Positions 1-10,590 of a DNA stretch of 64,000 nucleotides are shown here, piece after piece. The translations under genes were made by a program, and so were the position numbers. Numbering within the stretch: the stretch's first letter is position 1; every line of letters begins with the position of its first letter. The notes beneath the pieces are model-generated. The model saw only the letters and a list, made by a program, of their open reading frames with translations, ran no database searches and was not told the origin of the DNA. The stretch lies in IMG/VR virus record IMGVR_UViG_3300028626_000002, positions 32,001-96,000 of that record. The stretch is one strand, 5' to 3'. This DNA comes from a virus. Its lineage: Duplodnaviria > Caudoviricetes.

Positions 1-660
1 ATCATCAACACCGGCCGGAAGTACTTGCGGGACGTCGTGAGCGCCAAGTCCTACGGTAGCTCGTCCCTGGCCGCGCCGCCCGTGGTGCCCACGTACACGG
101 ACATCGTGCCCTGGACCTACCACCGCACGCGCTTCGTGGCCCTGGGCACCGGCGGCATCCTCCAGACGGCCAGCTACCCCGGCGTCGGTACGTACGTCGA
201 GCAGGTGTCCACCCGCGGTCTGGAGCGCCCCGTGCCGGTCACGTACCGGCCGACCGGCCTGCCCGGGCATCCGGAGTGTCAGTGGCAGTGGGTGAAGCAG
301 GTCGAGCCGCAGGACGGCGCGGAGGAACTGCCCGACGACTTCTCGGCGGTCTACCGGGCGATCTTCGGCTACAACGAAGTGTCCTTCGCCTCGCAGATCG
401 GGGAGTTCAACAACGTCATCCCCATCGCCGAGGTCCTGCTAATGACGTCGGCCGCGGAGGCGTACGTCACCGCTCCCACGTCGGCGGCGCAGTACCAGCT
501 GGCGATGCGGGACGGTTCGACGTACCCGTGGCCCGACCTGAGCGGGTTCTTCCCCGGGTGCAACGGTGACGTGCCGGGGGCCATGGCGTACAACCTGACG
601 ACGCCCATCTTCAAGACGCCGAACGTCACCCTGGAGATCCTCTGGGAGCTGAGGAGTTAG
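1..660 (+). CDS. Putative virion structural protein (5' end outside window)
   Basis: Frame open from base 1 (IINTGRKYLRD...), GC3-rich codons, stop at 660, just upstream of a large structural-type gene. Confidence 0.5.
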   Translation: MINTGRKYLRDVVSAKSYGSSSLAAPPVVPTYTDIVPWTYHRTRFVALGTGGILQTASYPGVGTYVEQVSTRGLERPVPVTYRPTGLPGHPECQWQWVKQVEPQDGAEELPDDFSAVYRAIFGYNEVSFASQIGEFNNVIPIAEVLLMTSAAEAYVTAPTSAAQYQLAMRDGSTYPWPDLSGFFPGCNGDVPGAMAYNLTTPIFKTPNVTLEILWELRS

Positions 661-663
661 CAC

Positions 664-3600
664 ATGTCGAACGACACGAAGTTCCGCCAGCTTGGCGAGC
701 TGATCGGCCGCTGCAACTACGAGGAGGGCGAGTCCCCCCAGAACAAGTTCGACAACGGCGACGACCCGCAGCCGCAGCCCGACGGCACGCGATTCATCTC
801 GTTCGGTGAGGACGTTCTCTCGGCCTCGGCCAACCGCGGCCTCGTGGCCCTGGCCGCCAACACCGACCTGCTGCACGTCCTGGGCAAGCAGTACTCGCCG
901 AAGATCGTGCAGGTCGCGGCGCTGTACGACGCGGCATGGGCCGGCCAGACGAAGTTCAACGTGGCCACCCTCGTCGCCCGCGTCTGGCCCAAGAAGGTCA
1001 CCGGCAACGCCGACTCCGCCGCGAACACGTCCATCACCGACGCCGACGTCGACTTCATCGACCTGGGGGTGATGAACGGCGACCGCGTCATCTTCGACCC
1101 CGAGACCGCGAACGAGGAGATCGTGACGGTCACGGGCGTGGCCCAGCACGTGCTGACCACCACGCTGATCGCGAACGCCGCGCACAAGGGCACGCCGCCG
1201 GCGAGCCCCGGGTACGCCGTGCTCACGCTGCCGTGGGTGCACCTCGACGACGGCTCCGACAACTCCGGGACCGTCCCGTTCGAGCACAACCTGACGCTGC
1301 GAGACTCCTCCGGCCGGCTGCTGGTCGAGTCGTCGAGCGGCGATCTCCTCCAGTTCAACGGCTACCTGATCGACGGGCTGGTCGGCGCCACGTCGAGCGA
1401 CGTGCTGCTCACCGGCACCATCAAGGACGACGGCATCCACCGGCACTACGTGGAGATCGAGTCGGGCGACTTCAACTCGCGGAACATCCAGCCGGGGTGC
1501 TGGGTGGAGCTGACGAACGTCAAGCCGTCCCCCGACTGGGACCACCTGAACGGCTTCTACCCCGCCCTCCGGGCGGACGGCGCCAAGGTGTACCTGGGCC
1601 CGCGGATCGGCGCCACGCTCCCGACCGAGTCCATGCTGCAGGAGTACGTGCGGCTCTACGGGGATCTCGAGACCCCCGCACCTCTCATCTCCTACCCGGC
1701 GGAGGAGCCGCCGACGATGCTCCCCGGCGACGTCCGCGGCACCGTCAACGTCTACCCGGGGTGGTTCTACCCTCTCGGCAACGACCAGTTCGACCTCTGG
1801 GCGTCGATGAGCAGGGCCATCCCGTCGGACACGGAGTGCCCGCAGTTCGGCGACGGCCTGCAGCTGTTCCTGACCGCCATGTGCCCCGCGGCCATGCCCC
1901 GTTCCAGCGGGGAGGTCGCGTTCGAGGACCTGCAGAACCTCCGCGGGCAGTGGGAGGTCAACCTCAACCTCCAGTCCGCGTACAACGGCCTCCGAGAGGC
2001 CAATGACCTTCGCTCCAGCGGCCGCGTCATCGACGCGAGCGACTACGGCCCGGTGGAGATCACGGGAGACCCGGAGAGGTCTGCCACCACGGAGTCGCAG
2101 TACCCGACGCTGTTCCTCGTGAACAACCAGGCGTCCACCAGCGGGTACACCGCTCTCCTGGTCGACGATGCTTCGCTGGGCGATGGGTCGTCGACCTCCC
2201 GGGCGATGGCCGCGCTGCGCCTGTTCGCGATGGGAAGCTACTCGGCCGTCGGGGACCTCATCACGCTCGCGGACACCACCCAGCTGTTCACATACGCTCG
2301 CGGAGTCATCGGGGGGGACACGTCGGGCCCGGCTACCCTGGTCACCCTGGCGTCCTCCGGCGGCGCCCTGGTCGGGACGTACCTCGTGCACCAGCGTACC
2401 GCCGCGGGGGCTGCCAGCACTCTCGCCCTGCGTGGCCTGGACGGGTCGACTCCTGTGCTGGCCGCCGACACCTACACGGTGAAGGGGTTCGAGCCCATCT
2501 TCGAGATCGGGCCGATGAGTAAGAACAGCGTGGCTCTCCCGAACGGGCACGTCGTCGCGGTGGTCGAGCCGGCTGACGCCCGGTGGAGGAGCGCCAAGAC
2601 GGCCACCACTCTCCTGCACGCCCAGCACTGCCGGGGGCGGTGGGACGGGGCGAACGACGGTGACGCGGCCGCGGTGGCGTCCCTGCGTGTGGAGGCGTCG
2701 GGTGCGTTCGGCCCCGGAAGCATGTACCTCGAGGGCGTCGAGGTGTATCCCCAGCGGTTCCAGGTGCGGCAGAACCTGTCCAAGTCCAAGATCGCCGCCG
2801 ACGACGCTGACCGGTACGCGACCGTGTCGTTCATCAACGACGCGGCGTACACCTCCCCGTACCCGGACGACACCCCGAACCGGGGGGTCATCGAGCTGGC
2901 CGCCGGGGAGGACCTTCGGATGCACGTGGGGGACGGGTTCATCCGCGCACAGGCCTCCGAGGGGCTTCTTCTCGCCGGCTTGACGCCGACGGAGGCGACG
3001 TCGGTTCGCGTGCACAGGGGGCTCGCCCAGCACGGTCTCGCGGTGGGTGCGGGGTACTTCGCCATGCAGCTGGCGCTGGGGCGCATCGGGGATGCGGACG
3101 TCCCGCTTGCTGCCTCCTTCGGTACGGGTGTGGCGCAGCAGACGACCGGTGTGTACGGAGGCACCAGCGCGACTCCCCCTGGGGGCATGACCGCCGGATG
3201 CCTGGACATCCCGTCGGCGTCTGCGGTGCAGTTCGTCGTGTGGTCCCCCCTGATTTCGCTTTTTCGTCGACCGGCGCTGCCGCAGATCACGCTCTACTCG
3301 GGGGCCGCGGGCATCCTGCTGTCGCTGGTGGGCATCGACTACCCTGACCCTGCGACGGACGGGGTGTACTCCGCGATCCCGCCGACGGGCGTGGACGAGT
3401 TCTTCTTGACCGGCCTCACGGTGAACAACACCGACGACGGGTGCCTGTACTACGAGGTGCTCGACACGGGCGGCGGCGGTCGCACCATCAACCTGTACAG
3501 CGACAGGGGCAAGACGGCGCTGGTCGCGCACCTCTCGGTAGTGAACACCCCCGCCGCGGGTGACCTGCCTCTGGTGGAGGACAACGGCAGCGGGGTGGGG

Positions 3601-3789
3601 GGCACGTTGCACTTCGACGGCACGGACGTGGATGCGGAGACGTTCGACCCGGACGTGCGGTTCTTCTCGATGAACTACTTCACGGTGACCGTGTACAACC
3701 ACGACGCGGGAACGGCCGCGCAGGACTGGTACGCTTCGGTGTACCTCCCCGCGGTGCGCGACATGGTGGGGCTGCCGCCCGCAACGTAG
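664..3789 (+). CDS. Large putative tail/virion structural protein (1041 aa)
   Basis: Long ORF with phage-typical codon usage; Gly/Thr/Asp-rich composition; no enzyme motif seen. Confidence 0.55.
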   Translation: MSNDTKFRQLGELIGRCNYEEGESPQNKFDNGDDPQPQPDGTRFISFGEDVLSASANRGLVALAANTDLLHVLGKQYSPKIVQVAALYDAAWAGQTKFNVATLVARVWPKKVTGNADSAANTSITDADVDFIDLGVMNGDRVIFDPETANEEIVTVTGVAQHVLTTTLIANAAHKGTPPASPGYAVLTLPWVHLDDGSDNSGTVPFEHNLTLRDSSGRLLVESSSGDLLQFNGYLIDGLVGATSSDVLLTGTIKDDGIHRHYVEIESGDFNSRNIQPGCWVELTNVKPSPDWDHLNGFYPALRADGAKVYLGPRIGATLPTESMLQEYVRLYGDLETPAPLISYPAEEPPTMLPGDVRGTVNVYPGWFYPLGNDQFDLWASMSRAIPSDTECPQFGDGLQLFLTAMCPAAMPRSSGEVAFEDLQNLRGQWEVNLNLQSAYNGLREANDLRSSGRVIDASDYGPVEITGDPERSATTESQYPTLFLVNNQASTSGYTALLVDDASLGDGSSTSRAMAALRLFAMGSYSAVGDLITLADTTQLFTYARGVIGGDTSGPATLVTLASSGGALVGTYLVHQRTAAGAASTLALRGLDGSTPVLAADTYTVKGFEPIFEIGPMSKNSVALPNGHVVAVVEPADARWRSAKTATTLLHAQHCRGRWDGANDGDAAAVASLRVEASGAFGPGSMYLEGVEVYPQRFQVRQNLSKSKIAADDADRYATVSFINDAAYTSPYPDDTPNRGVIELAAGEDLRMHVGDGFIRAQASEGLLLAGLTPTEATSVRVHRGLAQHGLAVGAGYFAMQLALGRIGDADVPLAASFGTGVAQQTTGVYGGTSATPPGGMTAGCLDIPSASAVQFVVWSPLISLFRRPALPQITLYSGAAGILLSLVGIDYPDPATDGVYSAIPPTGVDEFFLTGLTVNNTDDGCLYYEVLDTGGGGRTINLYSDRGKTALVAHLSVVNTPAAGDLPLVEDNGSGVGGTLHFDGTDVDAETFDPDVRFFSMNYFTVTVYNHDAGTAAQDWYASVYLPAVRDMVGLPPAT

Positions 3790-3798
3790 GAGGGTCTC

Positions 3799-4224
3799 AT
3801 GCACTACTTCCTGCTGCCCCTGCTGGCCCTGGCCGCTTGCGGTGAGGTGCCGGAGGGCATCGCCGTCGACCCGGGCATCATCGGCGGGGTGCCCGACGGG
3901 GTGACGCTGACCGGCGCCGCAGGTGTCTTCATGGTCTTCGTCACCGGCGTCCTGAAGCTGCTGGCCGGCCTGACCAAGGTGGCCCCCCTGATGGCCAAGG
4001 TCTGGTTCCGTGCCCTGGTGCCAGCGGCCACGTTGCTGCTGTCGGCGGCGGTGTGGATCATGCTGGCCGCGCTGGGGCAGGTCACCTGGACCGCGGCCAT
4101 CAACTCCTTGCTGGCCATGGGGGCGGGCGCCGTCACCTGGTGGGAGCTGGTGGGGCAGTACATCTTCCTGAAGCCGAAGGCGCGCGCCCCGGCCCCGCCC
4201 GCACCGACCAACCCTCCCGGTTGA
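3799..4224 (+). CDS. Membrane protein (holin-like; lipobox-like N-terminus)
   Basis: RBS AGGAGG; LLALAAC at N-terminus; about 3 hydrophobic segments. Confidence 0.55.
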   Translation: MHYFLLPLLALAACGEVPEGIAVDPGIIGGVPDGVTLTGAAGVFMVFVTGVLKLLAGLTKVAPLMAKVWFRALVPAATLLLSAAVWIMLAALGQVTWTAAINSLLAMGAGAVTWWELVGQYIFLKPKARAPAPPAPTNPPG

Positions 4225-4303
4225 TGATATAATCCCTCTGCTAGAGCGGCCCTCGTGGCCGTTGACGGGTCACTTCGACCACGTCTTCAACAGGAGGAAC
4301 GAG

Positions 4304-4714
4304 ATGCGTACGACCCTGTGGATCCTGGTGGCGGCCATGGCCGCGGTGTTCGCAGCCTGCGACGGCTGCAAGATGACCCCGGAGGAGCAGCAGGCGGCCA
4401 TCGCCGACGGCATCCTCTGCGGGACGACCGTCACGACGTCCATCACGCAGTGCGTGGTGGCCTGCAAGCCCGACCCGAAGACCACGCTGTGCAAGGACAC
4501 CTGCGTGAAGGCCTTCCTGGCCAACACGGGCGCCGCGAAGGTCTGCACGGATGGTCTGGGAGCGGACTTCCTCAAGAACCCGAAGATCGTGACGGCCATC
4601 AACAAGGGCTACGAGCTGGGCCTGGCGATCTACGAGGCCACCAAGCCGGTCGTCCCGCAGCCCCCGCCGCCCGCCCCGGATGTTCCGCCGCCGGCCCCCA
4701 CCCCCGACCCGTGA
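4304..4714 (+). CDS. Cys-rich lipoprotein with Pro-rich tail
   Basis: RBS AGGAGG; MRTTLWILVAAMAAVFAAC lipobox. Confidence 0.6.
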   Translation: MRTTLWILVAAMAAVFAACDGCKMTPEEQQAAIADGILCGTTVTTSITQCVVACKPDPKTTLCKDTCVKAFLANTGAAKVCTDGLGADFLKNPKIVTAINKGYELGLAIYEATKPVVPQPPPPAPDVPPPAPTPDP

Positions 4715-4721
4715 GGCCGGC

Positions 4722-5039
4722 ATGGACGGGAACACCACCGCGATCATCATCATTCTGGCCGTCCTGATCGCAGCCTTGCTGGCCAGCACCATCACCTTCA
4801 TCGTCTTCTACGTGAAGCAGATCGGGAAGACGGACAAGGTCCAGGCGCTGTACAACGAGACCTGCGACAGGCTGGGGGCCGCCACGAGGGAGGCGGAGAG
4901 CCTCAAGGTACAGCTGGCGGCCAAGGAGAAGGCGCTCGAGGCGGCGAAGAAGACTGCCGAGGAGCTGATCCATGACGCGACCACTGCTCACCCTCCTGGT
5001 GGCCCTCTGGCTGGTCCTCCCGAGCCCGACCCGGGCTGA
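4722..5039 (+). CDS. N-terminal TM + coiled-coil protein (i-spanin-like)
   Basis: Hydrophobic N-terminal helix, then Ala/Glu/Lys-rich helix. Confidence 0.5.
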   Translation: MDGNTTAIIIILAVLIAALLASTITFIVFYVKQIGKTDKVQALYNETCDRLGAATREAESLKVQLAAKEKALEAAKKTAEELIHDATTAHPPGGPLAGPPEPDPG

Positions 5040-5430
5040 CCCGCCGCCGGCCCCGGAGAACTACCTGTCCATGTCCACGGGGTGCACGTACACCTGCCAG
5101 GGGCAGAAGCGCACCATCCTGCAGGACGTCATCTGCGTCACCCCCGACCAGCTGGCGGCCATCCAGCGGGACCTGGAGGTGTGCCAGGCGGAGAACACGT
5201 CCTACTCCTCCAGCGCCACGCTGGCTGCTCAGAAGCTGGCGGACGCGTCCATCGAGATCCAGGAGCTCGAGGCCCTCGTTGCGGACCTCGAGGAGCGGCT
5301 GGCCGACCAGGCCAAGACCATCGCGGAGCTGCGCAGCAAGCTCTGGGTGGTGGGTCTGGCCTCTGGCCTCGCTGGCGGGGTACTCGGTGGAACCGCTACC
5401 GGCCTCATCATGCACTACGGCACCCGCTGA
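4972..5430 (+). CDS. Signal peptide + coiled coil + C-terminal TM protein (spanin-like)
   Basis: RBS GAGGAG; overlaps previous gene by 68 nt; hydrophobic segments at both ends. Confidence 0.5.
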   Translation: MTRPLLTLLVALWLVLPSPTRADPPPAPENYLSMSTGCTYTCQGQKRTILQDVICVTPDQLAAIQRDLEVCQAENTSYSSSATLAAQKLADASIEIQELEALVADLEERLADQAKTIAELRSKLWVVGLASGLAGGVLGGTATGLIMHYGTR

Positions 5431-5714
5431 CAACTTCCAAGCGATTGATGTCATAAGAGAATTGGACGAATCAGTCATCGTCCTGCTTGCGGTTGTCCTG
5501 GCAGTGGTTCCTGGCACCCGGTACGGAGGTCCCTCATGAAGCGGCTGTGGTCCATCGCATCGAGCGACGACCTGGTCGACGACATCCTCGACATCCTGGA
5601 CTGACGGGGGTCGAGGGCATCAGCGTGTAGTCCGGCGGGCCCCCGGGGAAACTCGGGGGCCCGTCATCCCGCGGCCGGCGGTCCCGGCCCATCGTCAACG
5701 CCACAGGAGGAAAG

Positions 5715-5879
5715 ATGTGGTGGAAGTCTGTTGTCTGGCCGGTGGTGAAGACCCTCGGAGCGGTCTTCCTTGTCAGCGGAACGGTCGGCACGGTGGCATA
5801 CCTGGTGAGAACCTGCAGCACGGACCCCAACGTCCTGCAGAGCATCCAGGGGCTGCTGAGCCTGCGTCTCGATGACTGA
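5715..5879 (+). CDS. Small membrane protein (54 aa)
   Basis: RBS AGGAGG; MWWKSVVWPVVKTLGAVFLV...; below ORF-track cutoff. Confidence 0.5.
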   Translation: MWWKSVVWPVVKTLGAVFLVSGTVGTVAYLVRTCSTDPNVLQSIQGLLSLRLDD

Positions 5880-5928
5880 CGGCCAATGGGACCCGGACTG
5901 TCGCCGGGAGCCCCAACACGGGCTTCAT

Positions 5929-7833
5929 TTAGATGAGCGACTTGCTGGGGTCACGCCGCGGCGGCAGTCTGTCGGGGAGAGGTCGTCCGCCCGCGGCGTC
6001 GGACATCCCCTTGTTGGCCAGCAGCTCGGCGACGGCCGAGGCCACGCCGGGCATCTGCTGCCGGATGTTCTGCATGGCCTGCGTCTGCTGCAGCGGCGGC
6101 AGGGTGGACAGCTGGTTGTACAGGAAGTTCGCGTACTCGGTGGGCACCATGCCCATGACGCCCTGGGCCAGCGGGCTCTCGTAGCTCGCCACCGCCTGTT
6201 CGGCGGAGACCGGCTGCTCGCCCTCTTCCTCACCGCCCATCCCCGGCTGAACCGCCGACGGGACGGGCATGCCCCCGGGCTGCATCTGCCCCTGAATTTT
6301 AGCCACCTGCACGTTGTACTGCGACGCGATCAGGTTGGCCGCGCCCTGGGCGCGCGCCTGGAGAATGGCCTGCTGCTGGATCAGCTCACCGTAGATGGGG
6401 ATCTCCTTCTTGATCTGCGAGGCCTCACCCTCGGGGTCGTAGTCGCGGGACTGCAGCATCGTGCTCTTGGAGAGCATGTTCTGCGCGACGAGGCTGGCGT
6501 CGAACGCTGCCCGCTGGAGGTCGTCCGCCATCTTGAAGGGCTTCTGCCGCAGCTGCACCGTGGGCCAGCCCATGAACCAGGCCACCTGGTTCGCGATGTA
6601 CTGGAGGAGGTCTTCGTTGTCGGCGAAGTTGAACAGGAAGTCGTTCTCGACGATGCGCAGGGACACGTTCGAGCCGCTGTAGGACACGCCGCCCATCAGG
6701 AACTCGGGCGGGAACCCCATGGCGACGCAGATCAGTTCGGCCTGCTGACGGATCTCAGGGTTCAGCAGGAGCGCCCGGCCCTTCCCGCCCAGCTCGTCCA
6801 GAACGACCTGCACGGGGAACACAATGACGCGGTTCTGGTCCCGGCGCCACTCGCGCATCTGCATGGCGATGTTCTGCTGCAGGTCGCTCAGGTCGATGGC
6901 CTGGGCGAGGTCCATGGCGTTCGCGGGGAAGGCGAAGCGCATGGGCACGATGTGCTCGAACATGATGGATTCCTGGGCCTTGCGCATGATCTGCATCAGG
7001 AACGCGTCCTTCTGCGCGGCCATGCCCAGGGGGACTCCGTAGCCCCTGTAGGTCTGGTTCGACGGGCCCAGGCGCTTGGAGCAGAACACCGCGCCGCCGG
7101 GCATGCGGTCGCCGTCATCGAACTTCAGGTCCTTCTTCTCACGGATGGCGTCGATGAGCTCCTGCGGCGTCTGGTTGATGATGGACCTGCGGGTGATGCG
7201 CAGGGCGTTCTCCAGGGTCGCCGGGGGGCGCAGGTAGTACGTGCAGCGGCCGGCGTGATCCTCCTCGACCGTGATGTGCTGGGGGTTCCACCGGATGAGC
7301 CGCATGCCACGGGTGGTGCGGTAGTACTTGTCCTTCACCTCCGCCCGGGCCCGCTGGAAGCACTTCGGGCACCGCGGCAGAAGGAACTCGAGGTTCTCGA
7401 GGGCGTATTCGACCTGGTCTGCCCGAACCACGTGCCCGCACTTCTTGCACTTGAGCAGCTTCACGAAGGGGAAGCCCACGCTCGCGTAGGCGTTGCCGAA
7501 TGTGTTGTAGTCCATGTTGAAGGCCGCCAGGAACCCGCGGACCTTCAGCACCCGCTCCATGACCTCCGTGTAGCGCAGCCGTGTTTCGCTGTCCGTGGTC
7601 TCGTACACCGGGCGCGTGACGACGTAGGTCGACTTCTTCTGGATGAGGGGCGCGATCACCGGGTGGGTGATCGCGTAGTACAGGCTCATGTTCCAGAGGC
7701 TGCGGAGGTCCTTCGGCAGGACGCGCGAAGCGACATCGAGGTAGGGGTCCCAGTAGCGGCTGCGGATGACGTCCGACGCCGCAGTGCCGATCTGCGAGAA
7801 CGCAGTGTCGATGCCGTACCCGCTGTCACCCAC
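5929..7833 (-). CDS. Putative portal protein with zinc-ribbon insertion
   Basis: 634 aa; FGNAY and YGVP motifs and MGFPPEFL.GG.SYS segment resemble portal proteins; CKKC...CPKC insert. Confidence 0.6.
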   Translation of the reverse strand: MGDSGYGIDTAFSQIGTAASDVIRSRYWDPYLDVASRVLPKDLRSLWNMSLYYAITHPVIAPLIQKKSTYVVTRPVYETTDSETRLRYTEVMERVLKVRGFLAAFNMDYNTFGNAYASVGFPFVKLLKCKKCGHVVRADQVEYALENLEFLLPRCPKCFQRARAEVKDKYYRTTRGMRLIRWNPQHITVEEDHAGRCTYYLRPPATLENALRITRRSIINQTPQELIDAIREKKDLKFDDGDRMPGGAVFCSKRLGPSNQTYRGYGVPLGMAAQKDAFLMQIMRKAQESIMFEHIVPMRFAFPANAMDLAQAIDLSDLQQNIAMQMREWRRDQNRVIVFPVQVVLDELGGKGRALLLNPEIRQQAELICVAMGFPPEFLMGGVSYSGSNVSLRIVENDFLFNFADNEDLLQYIANQVAWFMGWPTVQLRQKPFKMADDLQRAAFDASLVAQNMLSKSTMLQSRDYDPEGEASQIKKEIPIYGELIQQQAILQARAQGAANLIASQYNVQVAKIQGQMQPGGMPVPSAVQPGMGGEEEGEQPVSAEQAVASYESPLAQGVMGMVPTEYANFLYNQLSTLPPLQQTQAMQNIRQQMPGVASAVAELLANKGMSDAAGGRPLPDRLPPRRDPSKSLI

Positions 7834-7840
7834 AGCAACC

Positions 7841-8407
7841 TCACTCGAGCCTGGACGTGTCCCAGGCCAGCACGTGCCGGGCCTGCTCCACCATCATGGT
7901 GTGGCGGGCCCTGCGGTACTCCTCGTCGTCCACCGCGTTGTCATTCGGCTCGGTCTTCGGGACGTACTCCCGGCAGAACGCCAGAACGTCGGGGACCGGG
8001 TAGATGGCGTCTTCGCGGACGACCGCGGCGACGTAGATGCGCACGTCATCGGCCAGCGGCACCGGCCGGATGATCTGGAGGGCGTCGACCGCGGCCATGA
8101 TCTGCCCCACGGTGGGCTTCTGCCCCACGAGGAAGTCCACGGGGACGTTGTTCAGCCCCATGACCACCTTCTCGAACAGGTACCAGTCACTGGCGAAGGT
8201 GTCGGAGCAGTGGATGAGCCTGACGGTCTGGATGGCGTCGCGGTTGTACTGCGGAGGGGACGCCCTCATGCCGCGCTCCAGTTCCAGGAACAGCGTCTCG
8301 GGCTCCCACCCGTAGCACTCGGGCCCGTAGGCCCGCAGCAAGAGCATGTCCAGGGCCACGGGGTGGGCCGGACCCTCGTTCAGGAAACTGTCCGGGGTCC
8401 AATTCAT
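7841..8407 (-). CDS. Hypothetical protein (head module)
   Basis: Start MNWTPDSF coupled to upstream stop; codon usage. Confidence 0.55.
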   Translation of the reverse strand: MNWTPDSFLNEGPAHPVALDMLLLRAYGPECYGWEPETLFLELERGMRASPPQYNRDAIQTVRLIHCSDTFASDWYLFEKVVMGLNNVPVDFLVGQKPTVGQIMAAVDALQIIRPVPLADDVRIYVAAVVREDAIYPVPDVLAFCREYVPKTEPNDNAVDDEEYRRARHTMMVEQARHVLAWDTSRLE

Positions 8408-9360
8408 CACGCACCGTCGTTGTTGCGGTACTCCCCGTAGGTGGCGAGGATGATGTTCCGATGGACCTCGGGCACGCTGTCGATGGTGCCCAGCGGGTCC
8501 TCGGCCAGCTTCTCCAGCAGGTCGGCGGACAGGGCGCTGGCGGCCAGCTCGCTGGCGGCGAACTTCCGCAGGTCCTCCACGGCCGCCTCGGTGTCGGCCT
8601 CGACCGGCAGACCGAAGGTGGCCTTGTACGCGTCGGTCAGCTTGGTGTCGTACAGCTCGACGAGGCCGGCCTCCTTGTCGAACTCGTACAGCGCGGAGGC
8701 GAACTCGTCGGGGTCGGTGGTGAAGGCGGCCTTCTCGAAGTCGTCGAGGATGTCGAGGCCCTCCTCGAGACCGGCGCGCTTCAGGATGAACTTCCGCCGT
8801 TCCAGCTCGTCGCTCAGCTCCGGGTTCCAGGCGTTCGAGGCGTAGCGCGCGATCTCGACGGGCACCTCGGTCAGCCCCATGTCCTCGGCGGTCTTCACGA
8901 TGTCCAGGCAGACCTCCCGGCGCCGCGGGGGCTCGTACTCGGCCTGCTTTTCGGTGAAGTGGCGGATGGCCTGGTGAAGGTTCGCCTCGGAGGCGTTGAC
9001 CGTCGGGCGCTGGGAGGGGCTGGAGGACACCGCCTGGGCCAGCTTGACCAGCGGCTTGGGTGGATTCAGCTCGAACCTCACGCAAGCGTCCACGAGCCGC
9101 CTGGCGACCTTCTGGAGGTCCCCCTGCGGCACGTCGGTCATCCCGTCCATGAAGTAGATGACGGAGGTGGCGACGTGGCCACGGTCGACCAGTGGGTAGG
9201 CCCGCTCTCCCGCCCTCACGAAAGCGAAGCTGTCGTTGGGGAGGCTCTCGAGGTCCTCCGGCTCCAGCAGCGCCGCGTTCTTCACGAAGTCCGGAAGGTC
9301 GTCACCGTAGTTGTTCACCAGGTGCTCCCCGTTGTCCCGGTAGATGTCAACGATGCTCAT
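8407..9360 (-). CDS. Hypothetical virion-associated protein
   Basis: RBS GAGGAG before MSIVDIYRD; codon usage; next to portal. Confidence 0.55.
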   Translation of the reverse strand: MSIVDIYRDNGEHLVNNYGDDLPDFVKNAALLEPEDLESLPNDSFAFVRAGERAYPLVDRGHVATSVIYFMDGMTDVPQGDLQKVARRLVDACVRFELNPPKPLVKLAQAVSSSPSQRPTVNASEANLHQAIRHFTEKQAEYEPPRRREVCLDIVKTAEDMGLTEVPVEIARYASNAWNPELSDELERRKFILKRAGLEEGLDILDDFEKAAFTTDPDEFASALYEFDKEAGLVELYDTKLTDAYKATFGLPVEADTEAAVEDLRKFAASELAASALSADLLEKLAEDPLGTIDSVPEVHRNIILATYGEYRNNDGA

Positions 9361-9501
9361 GCGTCTCCTCGCAGCCACGCTGGGTTTATCGTACCCGCCC
9401 AGCCCTCCCACGGTCAAGTCACGGTCGGGGCTAAAGAAAGGGGGGCCACGCAGCCCCTGACCTGCAGCATGATACTGCAGGTCAGGGGAGCGTGTCACCC
9501 A

Positions 9502-10551
9502 CTATGCGGGGAGGGCGTCCTGGGGGGCGGTCAGGTCGAAGGCGATCTGGACGGCCGAGTCCTTCATCTCGGACCCGGCACCGAACCACGCGCTGTAGAG
9601 GCGCGAGTCGGGGGAGATGGTCTTGCCACGAACGTGGTCCACGTACTGCGTGACGGTGTTCACGAAGGCGTACGCGGTGCCGGGCACGCCGGGCATCTGC
9701 TGGATGGTCGGGGACGTGCTGTAGATGTCCCACAGCGCGGTGCGGATGTTCTGGGCCCTGGCGGGGTTGGCGGGCGCCGGCGGGTTCGGGACCAGCAGCT
9801 CGAAGGCCTCCTTGATGAGGTTCTCACCCATGGGCAGGCCGGCCAGCGCGCGGAAGATTTCTTCCTGCTGCTGGAACTGCTTCTCGACCAGGCCCAGCAC
9901 CCGCTGCGCCTCCTCGAGCTTGGTGCTCGGGTCGCCGGTGTGCCGGATGCTGATGAACTTGCCGCTCCCCTTCGCCAGGTCGATGGCGCCCATCAGGGTG
10001 TTCGCGCAGACGATGCGCATGGTGGACGCGCCGGCGCCGAACTGCATCGTGCCGTTGTGGCTGTTGAACGCGAAGAAGTTCAGGTCGATGAGGTCTCCGG
10101 GGATGACTTCGATGGTCTTGGGGTAGCGTCCCATGATCCACACGACGGTGTTGCCGCGGAGGCTGCCCGCGGTGTGGATGCGGATGCCACCCTCCTTCAC
10201 GAGGTTCGCGAGGAACGCGGCCATTTCGCGCTGCTGGATGGGCCGGTACTTCGAGCCGACGACGCCGAGGGTGCGGAACACCCCGTTCTTCTCGTACTCC
10301 CCGTCGTCCCCGCGTCTCGGGGTACGCACGGTGGCCTGGTGGCCGGTCACGGGGAGCGCGGTGCCCTTGTCGCGGCCCTTGGGACAGGCGGCGACGAGGG
10401 GCCACAGCTCGACCGGCCAGTCGAGGCCGGCGACCTCCAGGCACTCCTCCGGTGGCAGAGGGTCGACGATGGGCGTGCCCATTCCGTGCCAGGGAACCCC
10501 CTCGTTCTTCACGTAAAAGCTTGTATCGGTGGTCTCGATTCCGTGAGCCAT
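9502..10551 (-). CDS. DUF932-family phage protein
   Basis: PWHGMG, GLDWPV, Y.PIQ, AGSL, NSHNGT, RIVCANTL motifs. Confidence 0.8.
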   Translation of the reverse strand: MAHGIETTDTSFYVKNEGVPWHGMGTPIVDPLPPEECLEVAGLDWPVELWPLVAACPKGRDKGTALPVTGHQATVRTPRRGDDGEYEKNGVFRTLGVVGSKYRPIQQREMAAFLANLVKEGGIRIHTAGSLRGNTVVWIMGRYPKTIEVIPGDLIDLNFFAFNSHNGTMQFGAGASTMRIVCANTLMGAIDLAKGSGKFISIRHTGDPSTKLEEAQRVLGLVEKQFQQQEEIFRALAGLPMGENLIKEAFELLVPNPPAPANPARAQNIRTALWDIYSTSPTIQQMPGVPGTAYAFVNTVTQYVDHVRGKTISPDSRLYSAWFGAGSEMKDSAVQIAFDLTAPQDALPA

Positions 10552-10590
10552 TTTCGCTATACTCCCTTTTGACTTGCATGGCGGTTGTTG

